A DNA stretch of 58,941 nucleotides from Minisyncoccota bacterium (GTDB taxonomy: Bacteria; Patescibacteriota; Minisyncoccia; 2-02-FULL-40-12; GWA2-44-9), in contig DASPGX010000015.1 of NCBI GenBank assembly GCA_035620375.1, forward strand, positions 1-58,941, given 5' to 3'. Shown here one piece after another: positions 49,424 through 58,941 of this stretch (the stretch's first letter is position 1; the number at the start of each line of letters is the position of its first letter). A program made the translations under genes and the position numbers. The notes below the pieces were generated by a model, which worked only from the letters and a program-made list of their open reading frames with translations, made no database searches and was not told the DNA's origin.

Positions 49424-51205
49424 TCACTTTGTCTTTTTGCCCGTCGTGCGTTTCTTCGTTCCGGCAATCTTCTTCAGGGCCGTGCGGTAGCGGGATAGTT
49501 TCGTCACCAGATGGCGTTCTTCGGGATACAACGGCCGGCTCCTGCTCAACCGTGCGACCGCGGCCAATTCCTCCTCAATATCGCTGATGATGGCCTCCAG
49601 GCGGGAAGAATCGCGCTCGTCGGACTTCGCGGCCACGAATATGTGCCGCCGGTGATGCTTCAGGAGCCACCAGAGGAGCCAGAATAGCCCCGCAATAGCC
49701 AGGAGGAGGAGAATGCGCGCCAACAGCGGCAGAGCGGCGAACCAGTGCGGCAGGGACTTAATCTGGCGCGCGAGCCATGAGCCGACGCGGACCGTCACGG
49801 TTTCGCTCGGATACGACACCGCGCCGCGCACGTCCTCGCTCACCGCCCCGAGACGGTACTTGCCCGTGGCGAGTCCGGGCACCACGGCCTGCCAGTTCCC
49901 GTGCTCATCGGCGTAGGCAGTCACCCGGGCGACGACGTCGTCATCCAGGTCGGCAGCGGGAATGATGCCTGCGCGGTACGCGTACAGGGTCACGGTGCTC
50001 TCGGGCTCGGCCGTTCCCGTGACGCGGAACGATTCTCCGGGCGACACCTGCACCGGATACGTCTCGATGACCGGCACGGTGATGGATTTGACCGTCACCA
50101 GGAGCGTCGCGCGGGCAGTCAGCCCCGCGGCGTCAATTGCTTCCACGACAACCTCGTGGATGCCCGGCGCCTGGACCGGCATGCGGAACGGGCGTTCGGC
50201 CGGCGACTCGGGGACGTCAAACCAGTCCCCGTCGCCGATGCGCATGCGGTACGACTGCACGCCCGACGTAGCGTCGGTCGTCGTGAACATCAGCTGGGGA
50301 CGCGGATCGGTTTCGTCGCCGCTACCCACGCGGCTGACCGTGAACGGCAGCGGAGGCTCCGTGTCCACGTTGAACGGGAAATGCGCGATGGGACCGAAGG
50401 CGCCGTTGCGCTGGAACTTGATATGGAAATACGTCGCACCGTCGGGCTGGTCGGTGAACGACACCTCGGAAACCAGCCCGTCAAGCTGGTTGCCCGGGTT
50501 GCCGTCGGAGTTCGGTGCGATGAGCCAGCTCACGCCATCCACGCCCGTCGGCAGTATCCAGGTAAACCGCGGGTCGTTGGACGCGTACCAGCGGTTCGGG
50601 TCGGGGTGCGTCGGCGACGTCACATCCGGCAAGAGACTGTCCCTGACGGGCGACGGCGTGGCGGCGGGACTTGCCGCAGGAGTCGGCGCGGCCTCGCCGA
50701 GCACCGTATACGTTCCGCCGTTCATTGAGGTCAGAACGTTCGTCCCCTGGCCGTCGTTGGCAAGCACCGCTCCCGACTGGAAATTGAGCGTCGCGGTTCC
50801 CGGAGTGCGCGCGCGGAGCGTTACGGTCAACAGCGTACCCGACGCCCCCGAATAGCCCGGGTTCAGGATGACGCCGGCAAAACTGATGGTTCCGTCCGTA
50901 TTGGAGTAATCCGGCTCCTGGACGTTAAGGTTGAAAATGGAACCGTTCGTCGTGACCGAAGTGACAAAGACCCGCGAGGGGTCAAAGCGCAGGACGCCCT
51001 CGGCAGCATTCACGGCGGCACCCTGCGTGTTGGTACGCACGGTGACGGTAAACGTATCGTTGGGGCGGAACGTGCCGGTCGCCGGCGAAACGAACAGCGT
51101 CGCGGCGCGTACCGCGGACGGAAGGCAAAACGCGAACGCCGCGGCCGCCATGACCGCATACATCCGGATATTCGGTTTACGCAGAAGTCCCTCCTTGATA
51201 CTCAT
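49424..51205 (-). CDS. Secreted cohesin-like domain protein with Ig-like repeats, C-terminal TM anchor and basic cytoplasmic tail
   Basis: N-terminal LFVSPATGTF..FTVTVRTNT..VNAAEGVLRFDPS...GTLLTVTLRA pattern typical of cohesin domains. TM near residue 500. Confidence 0.65.
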   Translation of the reverse strand: MSIKEGLLRKPNIRMYAVMAAAAFAFCLPSAVRAATLFVSPATGTFRPNDTFTVTVRTNTQGAAVNAAEGVLRFDPSRVFVTSVTTNGSIFNLNVQEPDYSNTDGTISFAGVILNPGYSGASGTLLTVTLRARTPGTATLNFQSGAVLANDGQGTNVLTSMNGGTYTVLGEAAPTPAASPAATPSPVRDSLLPDVTSPTHPDPNRWYASNDPRFTWILPTGVDGVSWLIAPNSDGNPGNQLDGLVSEVSFTDQPDGATYFHIKFQRNGAFGPIAHFPFNVDTEPPLPFTVSRVGSGDETDPRPQLMFTTTDATSGVQSYRMRIGDGDWFDVPESPAERPFRMPVQAPGIHEVVVEAIDAAGLTARATLLVTVKSITVPVIETYPVQVSPGESFRVTGTAEPESTVTLYAYRAGIIPAADLDDDVVARVTAYADEHGNWQAVVPGLATGKYRLGAVSEDVRGAVSYPSETVTVRVGSWLARQIKSLPHWFAALPLLARILLLLAIAGLFWLLWWLLKHHRRHIFVAAKSDERDSSRLEAIISDIEEELAAVARLSRSRPLYPEERHLVTKLSRYRTALKKIAGTKKRTTGKKTK

Positions 51206-51211
51206 CCGGGT

Positions 51212-52078
51212 TCACCGGCGCCAACGTGCCGATGACCTGATAATCAGCGCGGCGAATGCGGCAGCGACGCCGTATACGATAACCAGCATCGCGGGTACGT
51301 GCCTTGCCGTGCGGACATTGCCCGCATGGTCGGCCGCGCGTACGTCAATTATACTCCAGCGCCATGCTGCGGACAACTCATACGGACTGACCGCGGGAGC
51401 GTAGCCGCCGAACAACCCGAGAAACCGCTCGCGGACTTCATATCGCGCCACGCCGCTCTGCAGGTCCCGCGCGTTGAACACCGCCAGGGCGGCCGGCTCC
51501 GTGACGATGTTCACGGTGAACGGCTCGGGTGCAATACGGTCTTCGGGAGGATCCGGAATGCCGAGGTCGCCTTCGCCGAGCACCGCGGTAACCGGCACGG
51601 TTATCACCTCATCGTCCGCTGGTTCTGCGGTGTGCAGGAGGACCCGCACGTCATTGAACGAAAGCCGCGCGGAACCCGTGCGTTCGGCCGCGTACGCTAC
51701 CCTGAACAGCACGATGCGGTCGGTCAGGCGCGGCTCAATGCCGCCCGGGAATATGCCGGCGAACGGGATGCGGCCGCGCTCCGCGAGAGCCGGAGTCTCG
51801 ATCCAAAGGGGTACGCCGGACGGACTCGGGTCAATGCGGTGCAGCTCCAATATGTCGTCATCGAATTCCAGGACGCCCTGCACGGCGTTCACGGGCCGCG
51901 CAAGCTTTAGCACGACGTTCACCGTGAATCCTGCGCCCTCGTGGGTAAGGTCCGGCTCAAAATGGAGTTCCGCCGCCGAAGCGCCTGAAATATCAAAGAG
52001 CAAATAGCAAATCGCGAGCAGGAGCGCCGCCCGCAACCTCCGTACCGTCACCGTTTGATATTTGATAATTCCGGCCAT
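51212..52078 (-). CDS. Secreted cohesin-like domain protein with C-terminal TM anchor
   Basis: ELHFEPD..GFTVNVVL..VNAVQGVLEFDDDILEL...VLFRVAYAA. Start set at MAGIIKY to avoid overlap with the upstream gene. Confidence 0.6.
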   Translation of the reverse strand: MAGIIKYQTVTVRRLRAALLLAICYLLFDISGASAAELHFEPDLTHEGAGFTVNVVLKLARPVNAVQGVLEFDDDILELHRIDPSPSGVPLWIETPALAERGRIPFAGIFPGGIEPRLTDRIVLFRVAYAAERTGSARLSFNDVRVLLHTAEPADDEVITVPVTAVLGEGDLGIPDPPEDRIAPEPFTVNIVTEPAALAVFNARDLQSGVARYEVRERFLGLFGGYAPAVSPYELSAAWRWSIIDVRAADHAGNVRTARHVPAMLVIVYGVAAAFAALIIRSSARWRR

Positions 52079-52085
52079 TTCGGCG

Positions 52086-53453
52086 CTATCCCGTCCAGTG
52101 ATACGCGAGGATGGAAAAGTCATCAAGCCGGACCTGCGCGTCGCAGTTCAGGTCGAACGGCCGGACCTGCGGCAGGGGCGTACGGCGCCACCAGTACGCC
52201 AGGATGGAGAAGTCGATAAGATTCACGCGGGTGTCGTTATTGATGTCGGCGTCGTTGCCGCACGCCGCAGGAGCCTCGGGAGCGGGAACGCCGACGCCGA
52301 ACGGCAGGAGTTGGGAATACTGCGACGTTCCGCTTATGGACGTCAATTCCGTGCGCGCACTGATGTCGTAGGCGCCAACCGGAAACCCGGTCGTCGGAAC
52401 CGAGAACGCATAGGTTCCGATGCCGTTTCCCGTCGCGGTGACCGTATATTCACGGTTACCCGGATTGATGCGGATACGCACCCGGCTGTTCGGCGTCGCG
52501 GCCCCCCGTATGCCGATGGTCCCGCCCGGCTGGACCGAATCGGCAGTCGTGAACTCAATCGTCGGGGCGATGACTACATTGTCCACGTTGCGGACGGTGT
52601 ACCCCGAAAAGGTCAGCGGAATGGAAAGGACGACGGAGCGCCGTCCGTTCTCGTCTTCGGCCCAGAAGCCGTAGGTATACGTTCCGGACGTGATGTTCTG
52701 CTGGGCATAGGTGAACGTCCCGTCGTTGTCCGCGGTTTCAACGTCCTGCAGGACGCCGTCGCGCAGAATCGTCACCCGCGCGTCAGGATAGGCGTATCCC
52801 TCAAGCTCCAGCCGGTTACCGATGAGCGTGCCTCCTCCCCCTCCTCCCCCGCCGCCGCCCGGAGTCGGCGTCGGCGTCGCTCCCGACGTGGGAGTCGCGG
52901 AGAGCGCGTTGGATTCGGCGACCACATTGCCGAATATCTCCTTGGCCTGAACCGTGAAAGTATAGGACGTGCCGTTGGTCAGGCCCGTGACCGAATATGA
53001 CGTGACGTTTCCGACGTCCACGCAGGTTCCCGGGGTCCGGCAAACGTTATAGCCCGAAAGCGTCCAGCCGGCGTCCAGAACCGCGGCTTCCCAAACCAAG
53101 GAAACGGACGCGTTCCCTGCAGTAGCCGACGTCAGGGTCGGCGCGATGACCAACGGGTAATACAGGAAACCGCTCCGGAGACCGAAATTCGTCCCGGAGG
53201 AGGAGCCGATGGCGACGTCGCCGACGGTGCTCAGAAGGCGGAAATTATCGGAGCTTGCCGACGACTTAAATCCGGCGTGCTGGGAATCCAGAATCCGGAA
53301 CTCCGAAGAGGACAGGCTTGCGCCCTGCACGAAGGTCACGGCATGAGAAACCGGGGGAAATAGCAAGTAACAAACCGCGGAAATCAAACCGAGCACGACC
53401 GTCTTCGCCATTCGCCATTCTGACTTCGCCATTATTTCCTCAGTATATACCAA
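52086..53453 (-). CDS. Secreted protein with FN3-like domain, Ig-like region, Gly run and C-terminal dockerin-like duplicated Ca-binding repeats
   Basis: DINNDTRVNLIDFSILAYWW and DLNCDAQVRLDDFSILAYHW form a dockerin-type tandem D-x-N-x-D...D pair. Start ambiguous (three in-frame Met). Confidence 0.65.
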   Translation of the reverse strand: MVYTEEIMAKSEWRMAKTVVLGLISAVCYLLFPPVSHAVTFVQGASLSSSEFRILDSQHAGFKSSASSDNFRLLSTVGDVAIGSSSGTNFGLRSGFLYYPLVIAPTLTSATAGNASVSLVWEAAVLDAGWTLSGYNVCRTPGTCVDVGNVTSYSVTGLTNGTSYTFTVQAKEIFGNVVAESNALSATPTSGATPTPTPGGGGGGGGGGTLIGNRLELEGYAYPDARVTILRDGVLQDVETADNDGTFTYAQQNITSGTYTYGFWAEDENGRRSVVLSIPLTFSGYTVRNVDNVVIAPTIEFTTADSVQPGGTIGIRGAATPNSRVRIRINPGNREYTVTATGNGIGTYAFSVPTTGFPVGAYDISARTELTSISGTSQYSQLLPFGVGVPAPEAPAACGNDADINNDTRVNLIDFSILAYWWRRTPLPQVRPFDLNCDAQVRLDDFSILAYHWTG

Positions 53454-53489
53454 ACCGCCCCCTGCGGGGCGGAGGGTGTGTACGGACGA

Positions 53490-53894
53490 TTACTGCGCAT
53501 CGCCGATATTCAGCGGCGCGACTTCCACAATGCGGTGCTCGGTCGGATTGTACAGGACCGCCTTGCGTGCGTTGTTGTAGATGAGGACTTTGTCCCCGAC
53601 CTTGGCCTTGGCGAAGAACGGCTGGTCCGCGAGCTGGCTGGGGTCGGCAACGGTCGCGATGACCGGCTCCTCGTCGTCGGGAAGCACGATAAGCTTGGAC
53701 ACCTGGGCGACAAGCTCCTGCACCTCCTGCCGTGCGGCGCGGTCGGGGTCGCCCTTGAGCGAACGGGCTTCGTACCAGAAATACCCCGCTACTCCGGCAA
53801 CGACAATGATACCCGCGGCCAGACCGAGCACCAGGCGCTTTCCCCCGGGCAGTGCGATGCCCCCGTTTTGCGGTGTTTCTTCCATGATAGGCAC
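53490..53894 (-). CDS. Hypothetical single-pass membrane protein (134 aa)
   Basis: TM LVLGLAAGIIVVAGVAGYFWY followed by a small soluble domain. Confidence 0.55.
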   Translation of the reverse strand: MPIMEETPQNGGIALPGGKRLVLGLAAGIIVVAGVAGYFWYEARSLKGDPDRAARQEVQELVAQVSKLIVLPDDEEPVIATVADPSQLADQPFFAKAKVGDKVLIYNNARKAVLYNPTEHRIVEVAPLNIGDAQ

Positions 53895-53985
53895 AGCATA
53901 TCGGCCGTGCGGACGACTTCAAGCCCTGCCCTGTGTATTACTCCCGTGTACGCACCCCGCATCCTTCTATATAATATACTCTGTT

Positions 53986-54450
53986 ATGGAAACCGGTCCG
54001 AATACCCGTCTTACGGGGTTCACACTTTTGGAAATCCTTCTGGTTGTTGCCGCTATCTCCATTCTCGCGGGCATTGTCATCGTCGCCATCAACCCCGGAG
54101 AACAGCTCGGACAGACCCGAAATGCGCAGCGGAGAGCCGACGTACGCACTATCAGTGACGCCATCGCGCAGTATTACCTCAAGGAGGGCACGTATCCAAC
54201 CACGTTTGAAACGGGTACAACGTGCGGAAACGCCGACGAGCAGGAAATCTGCAAAACCGGCGCGTCCCCCTGCTATACGGATTTGTCGGAACTGACAACG
54301 AACGCCACGTATCTTGTGTCCATCCCGGTGGACCCTCTGGCCGAGAGCACGGGCAGCGGGTACTACGTGGTGCGGAACACGACAACGAACCGGGTGATTG
54401 TGTGTGCGCCGCTTGCAGAACTCTCTGAGACCATCAGCGTAACCCGCTAG
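53986..54450 (+). CDS. Type IV pilin-like protein (prepilin N-terminal cleavage/methylation domain)
   Basis: LTG-FTLLEILLVVAAISILAGIVIVAI class III signal with Glu5. Cys pairs in the C-terminal domain. Confidence 0.8.
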   Translation: METGPNTRLTGFTLLEILLVVAAISILAGIVIVAINPGEQLGQTRNAQRRADVRTISDAIAQYYLKEGTYPTTFETGTTCGNADEQEICKTGASPCYTDLSELTTNATYLVSIPVDPLAESTGSGYYVVRNTTTNRVIVCAPLAELSETISVTR

Positions 54451-54461
54451 GAACCTTCACG

Positions 54462-54657
54462 CAGAAAAACGGCCCCGCCTGAATAGGGCGGGGTTTCCGT
54501 TTTTCTGCCGCGGGGGCTTGCCCGATTTCTGCGTTGCTCCTTCCGGTCCTCCCTCGCCGTACATTAGTACGCCTCGGTTCGGTCCTCAGTCGGAGGCGAT
54601 TCCCGTGGAAGTTCCTCCACGTGAACCTTCGCCTGGCCGCCTTGAACTCAGGCAAGC
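54462..54657 (-). ncRNA. Copy E of the structured small-RNA family (45-nt module inserted inside the P1 domain), tail-to-tail with the pilin gene
   Basis: P1 GCUUGCCUGA/UCGGGCAAGC (one G-U). The ends and terminator (54462-54507) are nearly identical to copy C. The core is of the GAGGACCG type. Module at 54592-54636. Confidence 0.55.
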
Positions 54658-54693
54658 GTGAAGGCTCTAAATCGCGGAGGACACCCCATTTTT

Positions 54694-54716
54694 AACGGCT
54701 CATGAGATGAGCCGTT
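54694..54716. repeat. Conserved palindrome H5 (AACGGCTCAT-GAG-ATGAGCCGTT, with A/T extensions)
   Basis: Identical arms. Lies 37 nt upstream of RNA copy E on the minus strand. Confidence 0.75.
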
Positions 54717-54728
54717 AAAAATAGAGCG

Positions 54729-57700
54729 CTATTCGGAGGGTTCCTGAGGAGGAGGTTCCGGCGCGGGTTCGGGGGCGGGTTCAGGAGCCGGCTCCGGTTC
54801 GGGTTCCGGCTCGGGTTCGGGCTGCGACTCCGGTTCAGATACAGGTTCGGACTCAGGCTCGGGTCCCGGCTCGGAGGCGGGCGGGGGTTCTGTCGATTCT
54901 TCGGGAGCCGGCTCAACTGACTCCTCCGGCGCCGGGGAGGGTTCGCCTTGCGGCTCCGGTGCGGGCGGGGGCTCAGGCGTCGCGACAGGAGGCATGAAGA
55001 GCTTGGGCTCGCGGATCGCAAGAGCGGTCCAGCTGAACGGGACGTCCACGTCCTGTTCAGCGTTGATGCGGATAGTGAAGCCGTACTCGTCCACGCGCGT
55101 CACGATATACGCCAGCCCACCGTCCAGGAGCGCGTCTTCAAGCTCATCGCTCGCGCTCGCCGTGGAGAGGGTTACCGTCGCATTCACGACCGGCCGGTAC
55201 AGGTATTCCCGTTCAAATTCCACCGTAACTTCGGTCTGACCGGCGGGAATGAGCGCGAACCCTCCCGTGTCGCTGGTGAAGTACGGCCGGCCGAAGAATT
55301 CCACATCATCTAATAGACGGATGAACTCGCCCGTCGTGGAAATCTCGCCCACCGCAAGTCCGCCGTTCGCCGTGACCAGCGAGTGGTAAACCAGCGACCC
55401 GCTCGCCGGCGCGGATACGGAGGCCATGGATGACTCAATCACCGTTATCCGGTCAGTGAGGGTGGACAGCGCCGATTCAGAGGCGCTGGCGCGTGAGCGC
55501 AAGCTCTCAAACGCGGCCGCAAGCGAGACGTCGCTCTCCTGCAGTTGCGCCACATTGACCTCCAGCGCGGCCATGCGCTCGGTATATTGCGCTCCCGCAT
55601 CGGCGTAGCTGACGTTCACCGCGACCGCCACTGAACCTTCACCGATACCCGAATAATCCTCAAGCGCACGCCCGATGACCAGGCCGTCAGACGTCGCCGC
55701 CTGCGCGACGCCGGGCTCGTCGGATACCGACAGGTAATCGCCGGCGCGGACCGTGCCGCTCACGCGCACCGCCGTACGCCCGCCGATGGCAACCGGCAGG
55801 CCCGCTTCGCCGTTCTCCAACGACACGGCCCCGTATCCCGCGATGATGCCGACGACGCCAAACGGGTCGCCCGGACGGGACGGCCTGACGACTCCCGCTT
55901 CGGGGTCATAACTGACCAGCGTTCCCTTTGCCATCTCATAATCCTCAACCGGATACACCTGCGTGATGGCGCTGTTGACCGCGAGCCCCTCCGGCGCCTG
56001 CCGGACGACAGCCTGCGCGAGGTTCGGATCGTCCGTGTTATCGTCCTGCCACCACCGGTAGAAGTCCACATCCAAGCTGTTCGCCACGGACCCGGCCTGT
56101 CCCTGCCACATCATCTGCGTCGCGAGTTGCGAGGACGGAATGTTCGTCGTGCTGGAACCGCAGAATACCGGCACGACGCCGTCGGACGCGTTGTTGTCCA
56201 CGTAGAAGTCCACCCGGCTCGGACTGCGGACCTCAATGATGAACACCGCGAAGTTCGTCGTGCTGATGGTGTTCGCCGTTGCCGGACAGGTGACGGTCGT
56301 CTGGGTGCCGCCGCTGCGCGTGATACCGGTCCACTCCGTCCCCAGCGTCCCCGCGTTGTTGTTGGAGAATCCGATGAAGTTCGTCGGCGCAACCAGCGCG
56401 CCGTCGGTCGCGTCGCCCGCGCCGACATAGATGCCGTACAGGTTTGAAATCACGGTCGGACGTACCTTCGCCGTGATGAGCGGCAAGCGGGAGGCCGCAA
56501 GAATGAGGCGGGGGTCGTTCGTCGCCTCGTCCATCATCGTCATACAGCCGTTGCTCGCACCGCCGTTGTTGGTAATGCGGAGGAAACCGTTAATCTGGTC
56601 GTTCACCGATTCAAAGATACAGCTGTTTCCGCTACCGCTCTCATACGTACCCCACGCGCTCCAGTCGCCGATACCCGTGTTGGATGCGCCGGCTTTGTCC
56701 GACGTGGAGGTCGTGAACGCCTTGTTGAATTCCTCGGCCATCATGGAGTTGCGGGACACGTACGCGCCGCCGACGACGATGGAGCCGAACTGCGACGAAC
56801 CGGCGCTGAAGCTCAGCAACGGATTGTTGTTTACATCAATGAAGGTCAAGCTTCCGCTCGCCGGAATCTGGATATAGTTGGTCTTCCCCGTGAACTGAAT
56901 GCCGTAATCCCAGCCATTCCCGATACGGATTGCGGATTCCCCGACATTGGATTTACTGGCGATGCCGGAGATATCCAGCCCGAAGAACGACTTGCTGGCG
57001 CCTCCGCCCGTGTTGCCCGACGTCGCGACCAGCCGGAGAATGGAATTCGTGATGGCCGTGGTACCGCTGTCACCCTGTCCGAAGCTGATTTCCAGCCCAT
57101 CCACGCCGCTCGTCGTCGCTGCGAGCGTCCGGCTGGAGATGCGGGCGAAGTCAAGTGCCGCGCTCGTGGCGTTCACGAGCAGGCGCGAGAGGGACGCCGT
57201 GCCGGCGACCTCGAACGAGCCGGCGACCGACGCGCCCGCGGAGAAGAAGTTCAGGCCGGTCCAGGTGTTTGATGTGGAACGCGAGGCGGGTCCGTTCGTC
57301 CAATCCAGACGGACGAACGACTGTGAAGCCGTGAAGCCGATATTGAAGTGTCCGGGCTCAAACGAGAGCGAACCGATGTGGATGAACGCCCCCGAGTCGA
57401 TGCCTTCCCTCACGGAGAGCCCCTTGCCCAGGCCGTCCGCGCCGCTGCCTCCCGCTGCCGTTCCGCAGGAGAACTGCCCCGTGGACGCGTTGTACTGCAG
57501 GAACTGGCTCGCACCGTTGCAGGTCGTCAGGCCCGCGCCGTATATCGCCGATGCGGACGCGTAGCCGGAGGCCTCAAAACCGCCCGACAGCGAGGCGTTC
57601 GTGATGACGAACAGCGTGGGAATGGAGAGCGTCGGGTCGCCGGCCGAACCGGTGCCGTTGGTCACCGTAATCTGGTTCGTCGTCCCCGTGAGCGTCCGCT

Positions 57701-58941
57701 GGGAGAACGTGTTGGAGCCTGTCACCGCAAGTAAGCCGGCCGTGGAGGTGATTCCCGACAGGGCCGAAAGGGTCTGGTCCACGACGAACACGGGGTCCCC
57801 GGCGATGCCCGCGGGGTTGGTGACCTGCAGTCCCGCTCCCGACGTCGTCAGAGAGCGCTGCGCCCACGTGTCAGTGCCCGTCCGCGCGGCGAATCCCGTG
57901 GAACCGAGGCCCTCCAGAGCGGCCAGGTCGTTTGCCAGGGCGAGCGTCGGGTCGCCGGACACGCCGTCGCCGTTCGTGACCGTGATGCCCGCCGCAGGGC
58001 CGGTGATGGTGCGCGTTGCGAACGTCTGGGCGCCCGTCCGCGCGATGATGCCCGTCGTGGACACCACGGCGACGTCGCCCGACGCGTCCGGAAGCGTGAA
58101 CGTGCGGTCAGCGGTGGGATCCGCAAGCGTCAGCAGCGCCTCATTCGCATCCGCCGAGGAGCCCTCAAAGAGCACGCCCGTTGAGCCGAAGACGCTCTGA
58201 CCCGAGGTCAGCGCCGGGTCGCCCGCAAGCGTCGCGGTGTACGGGAACGCCAGCGTTACCGCGCCGTTGGCGCCGCCGTCGGTCACGGAAATCTGATGTG
58301 CCGTACCGGTCAACGCGCGCTCCAGCGAGAGCGAAGCCGTGTTTCCGATGGTAACGAACGGAATATTGGAGTTGGTCGTATCAGTCGCATTCAGCGTATT
58401 GCCGCTCCATGCAAGGTTCGTTCCCGCGGTGATTCTTGTGGACGGGGTGTCGTAGAACGACTCCCAATTAGATATAGAAGCGGTGAGGGGAATACTGAAT
58501 CCGGCGGCGACGGCGAGATTGTATGCGCCGTTTGCTCCTCCGTCGGTGAATTCCAGCGGGGCGGTCGCCGTAAGGGAGCGCTCAAAGGCGAGCGACGCGG
58601 TGTTGCCGACCGAGAGGAAGGCGATGTTGGAATTCGTGGTATCGGGGTCGGCGACGCACGAGAATGTGCCGTTCACGTTCCACTGCAGTTTCTGGACCGA
58701 CGTACATGTCGCCAGTCCGCTCCCGAACGTCGCCGAAGCGGAAGCATTGCCCGCCACCTCCAGGCTTCCTGATAACGAGGCGTTCGAGCTCAACAGGGTC
58801 AGGCCGCCGAAGGTGAGCGTGTTGCCGTTCAGATCCGTGGTGGTGTTCGCGTCCAGGGTCAGGGCGTTCGCGATTTCATCCCAGTCCAGGGAGTTGGATG
58901 CGGGGCGGAAGTTGGCGGGGTTGATGGTGGTGCCGTTGATG
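54729..58941 (-). CDS. Giant repetitive surface protein, 5'-partial (reading frame open to the window edge), with Pro/Glu-rich C-terminal tail
   Basis: The frame stays open upstream of the tracked start (…[46 protein letters not shown]…). Repeated ~45-aa T/G/N-rich modules (TNSNI.F..GNTASL..ER.LT; ...TVTNG.G..GDPTL). Tail is [17 protein letters not shown]. Confidence 0.8.
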   Translation of the reverse strand, partial: INGTTINPANFRPASNSLDWDEIANALTLDANTTTDLNGNTLTFGGLTLLSSNASLSGSLEVAGNASASATFGSGLATCTSVQKLQWNVNGTFSCVADPDTTNSNIAFLSVGNTASLAFERSLTATAPLEFTDGGANGAYNLAVAAGFSIPLTASISNWESFYDTPSTRITAGTNLAWSGNTLNATDTTNSNIPFVTIGNTASLSLERALTGTAHQISVTDGGANGAVTLAFPYTATLAGDPALTSGQSVFGSTGVLFEGSSADANEALLTLADPTADRTFTLPDASGDVAVVSTTGIIARTGAQTFATRTITGPAAGITVTNGDGVSGDPTLALANDLAALEGLGSTGFAARTGTDTWAQRSLTTSGAGLQVTNPAGIAGDPVFVVDQTLSALSGITSTAGLLAVTGSNTFSQRTLTGTTNQITVTNGTGSAGDPTLSIPTLFVITNASLSGGFEASGYASASAIYGAGLTTCNGASQFLQYNASTGQFSCGTAAGGSGADGLGKGLSVREGIDSGAFIHIGSLSFEPGHFNIGFTASQSFVRLDWTNGPASRSTSNTWTGLNFFSAGASVAGSFEVAGTASLSRLLVNATSAALDFARISSRTLAATTSGVDGLEISFGQGDSGTTAITNSILRLVATSGNTGGGASKSFFGLDISGIASKSNVGESAIRIGNGWDYGIQFTGKTNYIQIPASGSLTFIDVNNNPLLSFSAGSSQFGSIVVGGAYVSRNSMMAEEFNKAFTTSTSDKAGASNTGIGDWSAWGTYESGSGNSCIFESVNDQINGFLRITNNGGASNGCMTMMDEATNDPRLILAASRLPLITAKVRPTVISNLYGIYVGAGDATDGALVAPTNFIGFSNNNAGTLGTEWTGITRSGGTQTTVTCPATANTISTTNFAVFIIEVRSPSRVDFYVDNNASDGVVPVFCGSSTTNIPSSQLATQMMWQGQAGSVANSLDVDFYRWWQDDNTDDPNLAQAVVRQAPEGLAVNSAITQVYPVEDYEMAKGTLVSYDPEAGVVRPSRPGDPFGVVGIIAGYGAVSLENGEAGLPVAIGGRTAVRVSGTVRAGDYLSVSDEPGVAQAATSDGLVIGRALEDYSGIGEGSVAVAVNVSYADAGAQYTERMAALEVNVAQLQESDVSLAAAFESLRSRASASESALSTLTDRITVIESSMASVSAPASGSLVYHSLVTANGGLAVGEISTTGEFIRLLDDVEFFGRPYFTSDTGGFALIPAGQTEVTVEFEREYLYRPVVNATVTLSTASASDELEDALLDGGLAYIVTRVDEYGFTIRINAEQDVDVPFSWTALAIREPKLFMPPVATPEPPPAPEPQGEPSPAPEESVEPAPEESTEPPPASEPGPEPESEPVSEPESQPEPEPEPEPEPAPEPAPEPAPEPPPQEPSE

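Noticed and set aside
4772-54716. The five identical palindromes as a CRISPR array, or as ordinary rho-independent terminators.
   Set aside because: They are kilobases apart, not regularly spaced, so they do not form a CRISPR array. In either orientation, the A/T-flanked copies place the U-run 5' and the A-run 3' of the stem, which is the wrong polarity for intrinsic termination.
54729-58941. A diversity-generating retroelement target or variable repeat in the giant gene.
   Set aside because: There is no reverse transcriptase, and no template-repeat copy of any segment is visible elsewhere in the window. The repeats are in-frame protein modules.

Overview
GC-rich (judged by eye, not computed), gene-dense bacterial chromosomal segment, mostly transcribed on the minus strand.

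**Coding content.** The left end holds the distal ribosomal block infA-rpmJ-rpsM-rpsK-rpsD-rpoA-rplQ-rplM-rpsI. After it come:
- Housekeeping genes: a UvrD-type helicase-nuclease, HtrA, Dus, AlaRS, PyrD, CorA, a GDPD-family esterase, PBP1A, HU, RNase Y, MnmA, NadK, a HAD hydrolase, MazG and DUF167.
- A tightly coupled six-gene MoxR/DUF58/VWA/TPR (Bat-like) operon.
- Four tRNAs (His-GTG, Arg-TCT, Pro-TGG, Gly-TCC).
- A right-hand cell-surface island: two lytic-transglycosylase-like proteins, a cupredoxin, a VirB2-like small pilin, DsbA, a dockerin/cohesin/cohesin operon, a type IV pilin, and a surface protein of more than 1400 aa that runs off the window.

Several core proteins are shortened: RpoA lacks its C-terminal domain, AlaRS lacks C-Ala, and L13 is short. 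This suggests a reduced-genome lineage (CPR/Patescibacteria-like). I cannot verify taxonomy without a search.

**Non-coding content.** This layer is the most unusual part of the window.
1. A six-copy family of ~100-200 nt structured RNAs with compensatory closing helices.
2. A perfectly conserved 23-nt palindrome (AACGGCTCA-N-TGAGCCGTT) in five copies. Four of them sit just upstream of structured RNAs.
3. Three paralogous AU-armed hairpin elements that fill consecutive spacers of the ribosomal operon.
4. Two tRNA genes (His, Gly), each followed by a hairpin, a ~115-165 nt structured insert, and a duplicate of the tRNA 3' end.

I found no CRISPR array, rRNA, transposase, integrase or recognisable defence system. 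All protein calls rest on motifs I recognise in the supplied translations. No database search was run.
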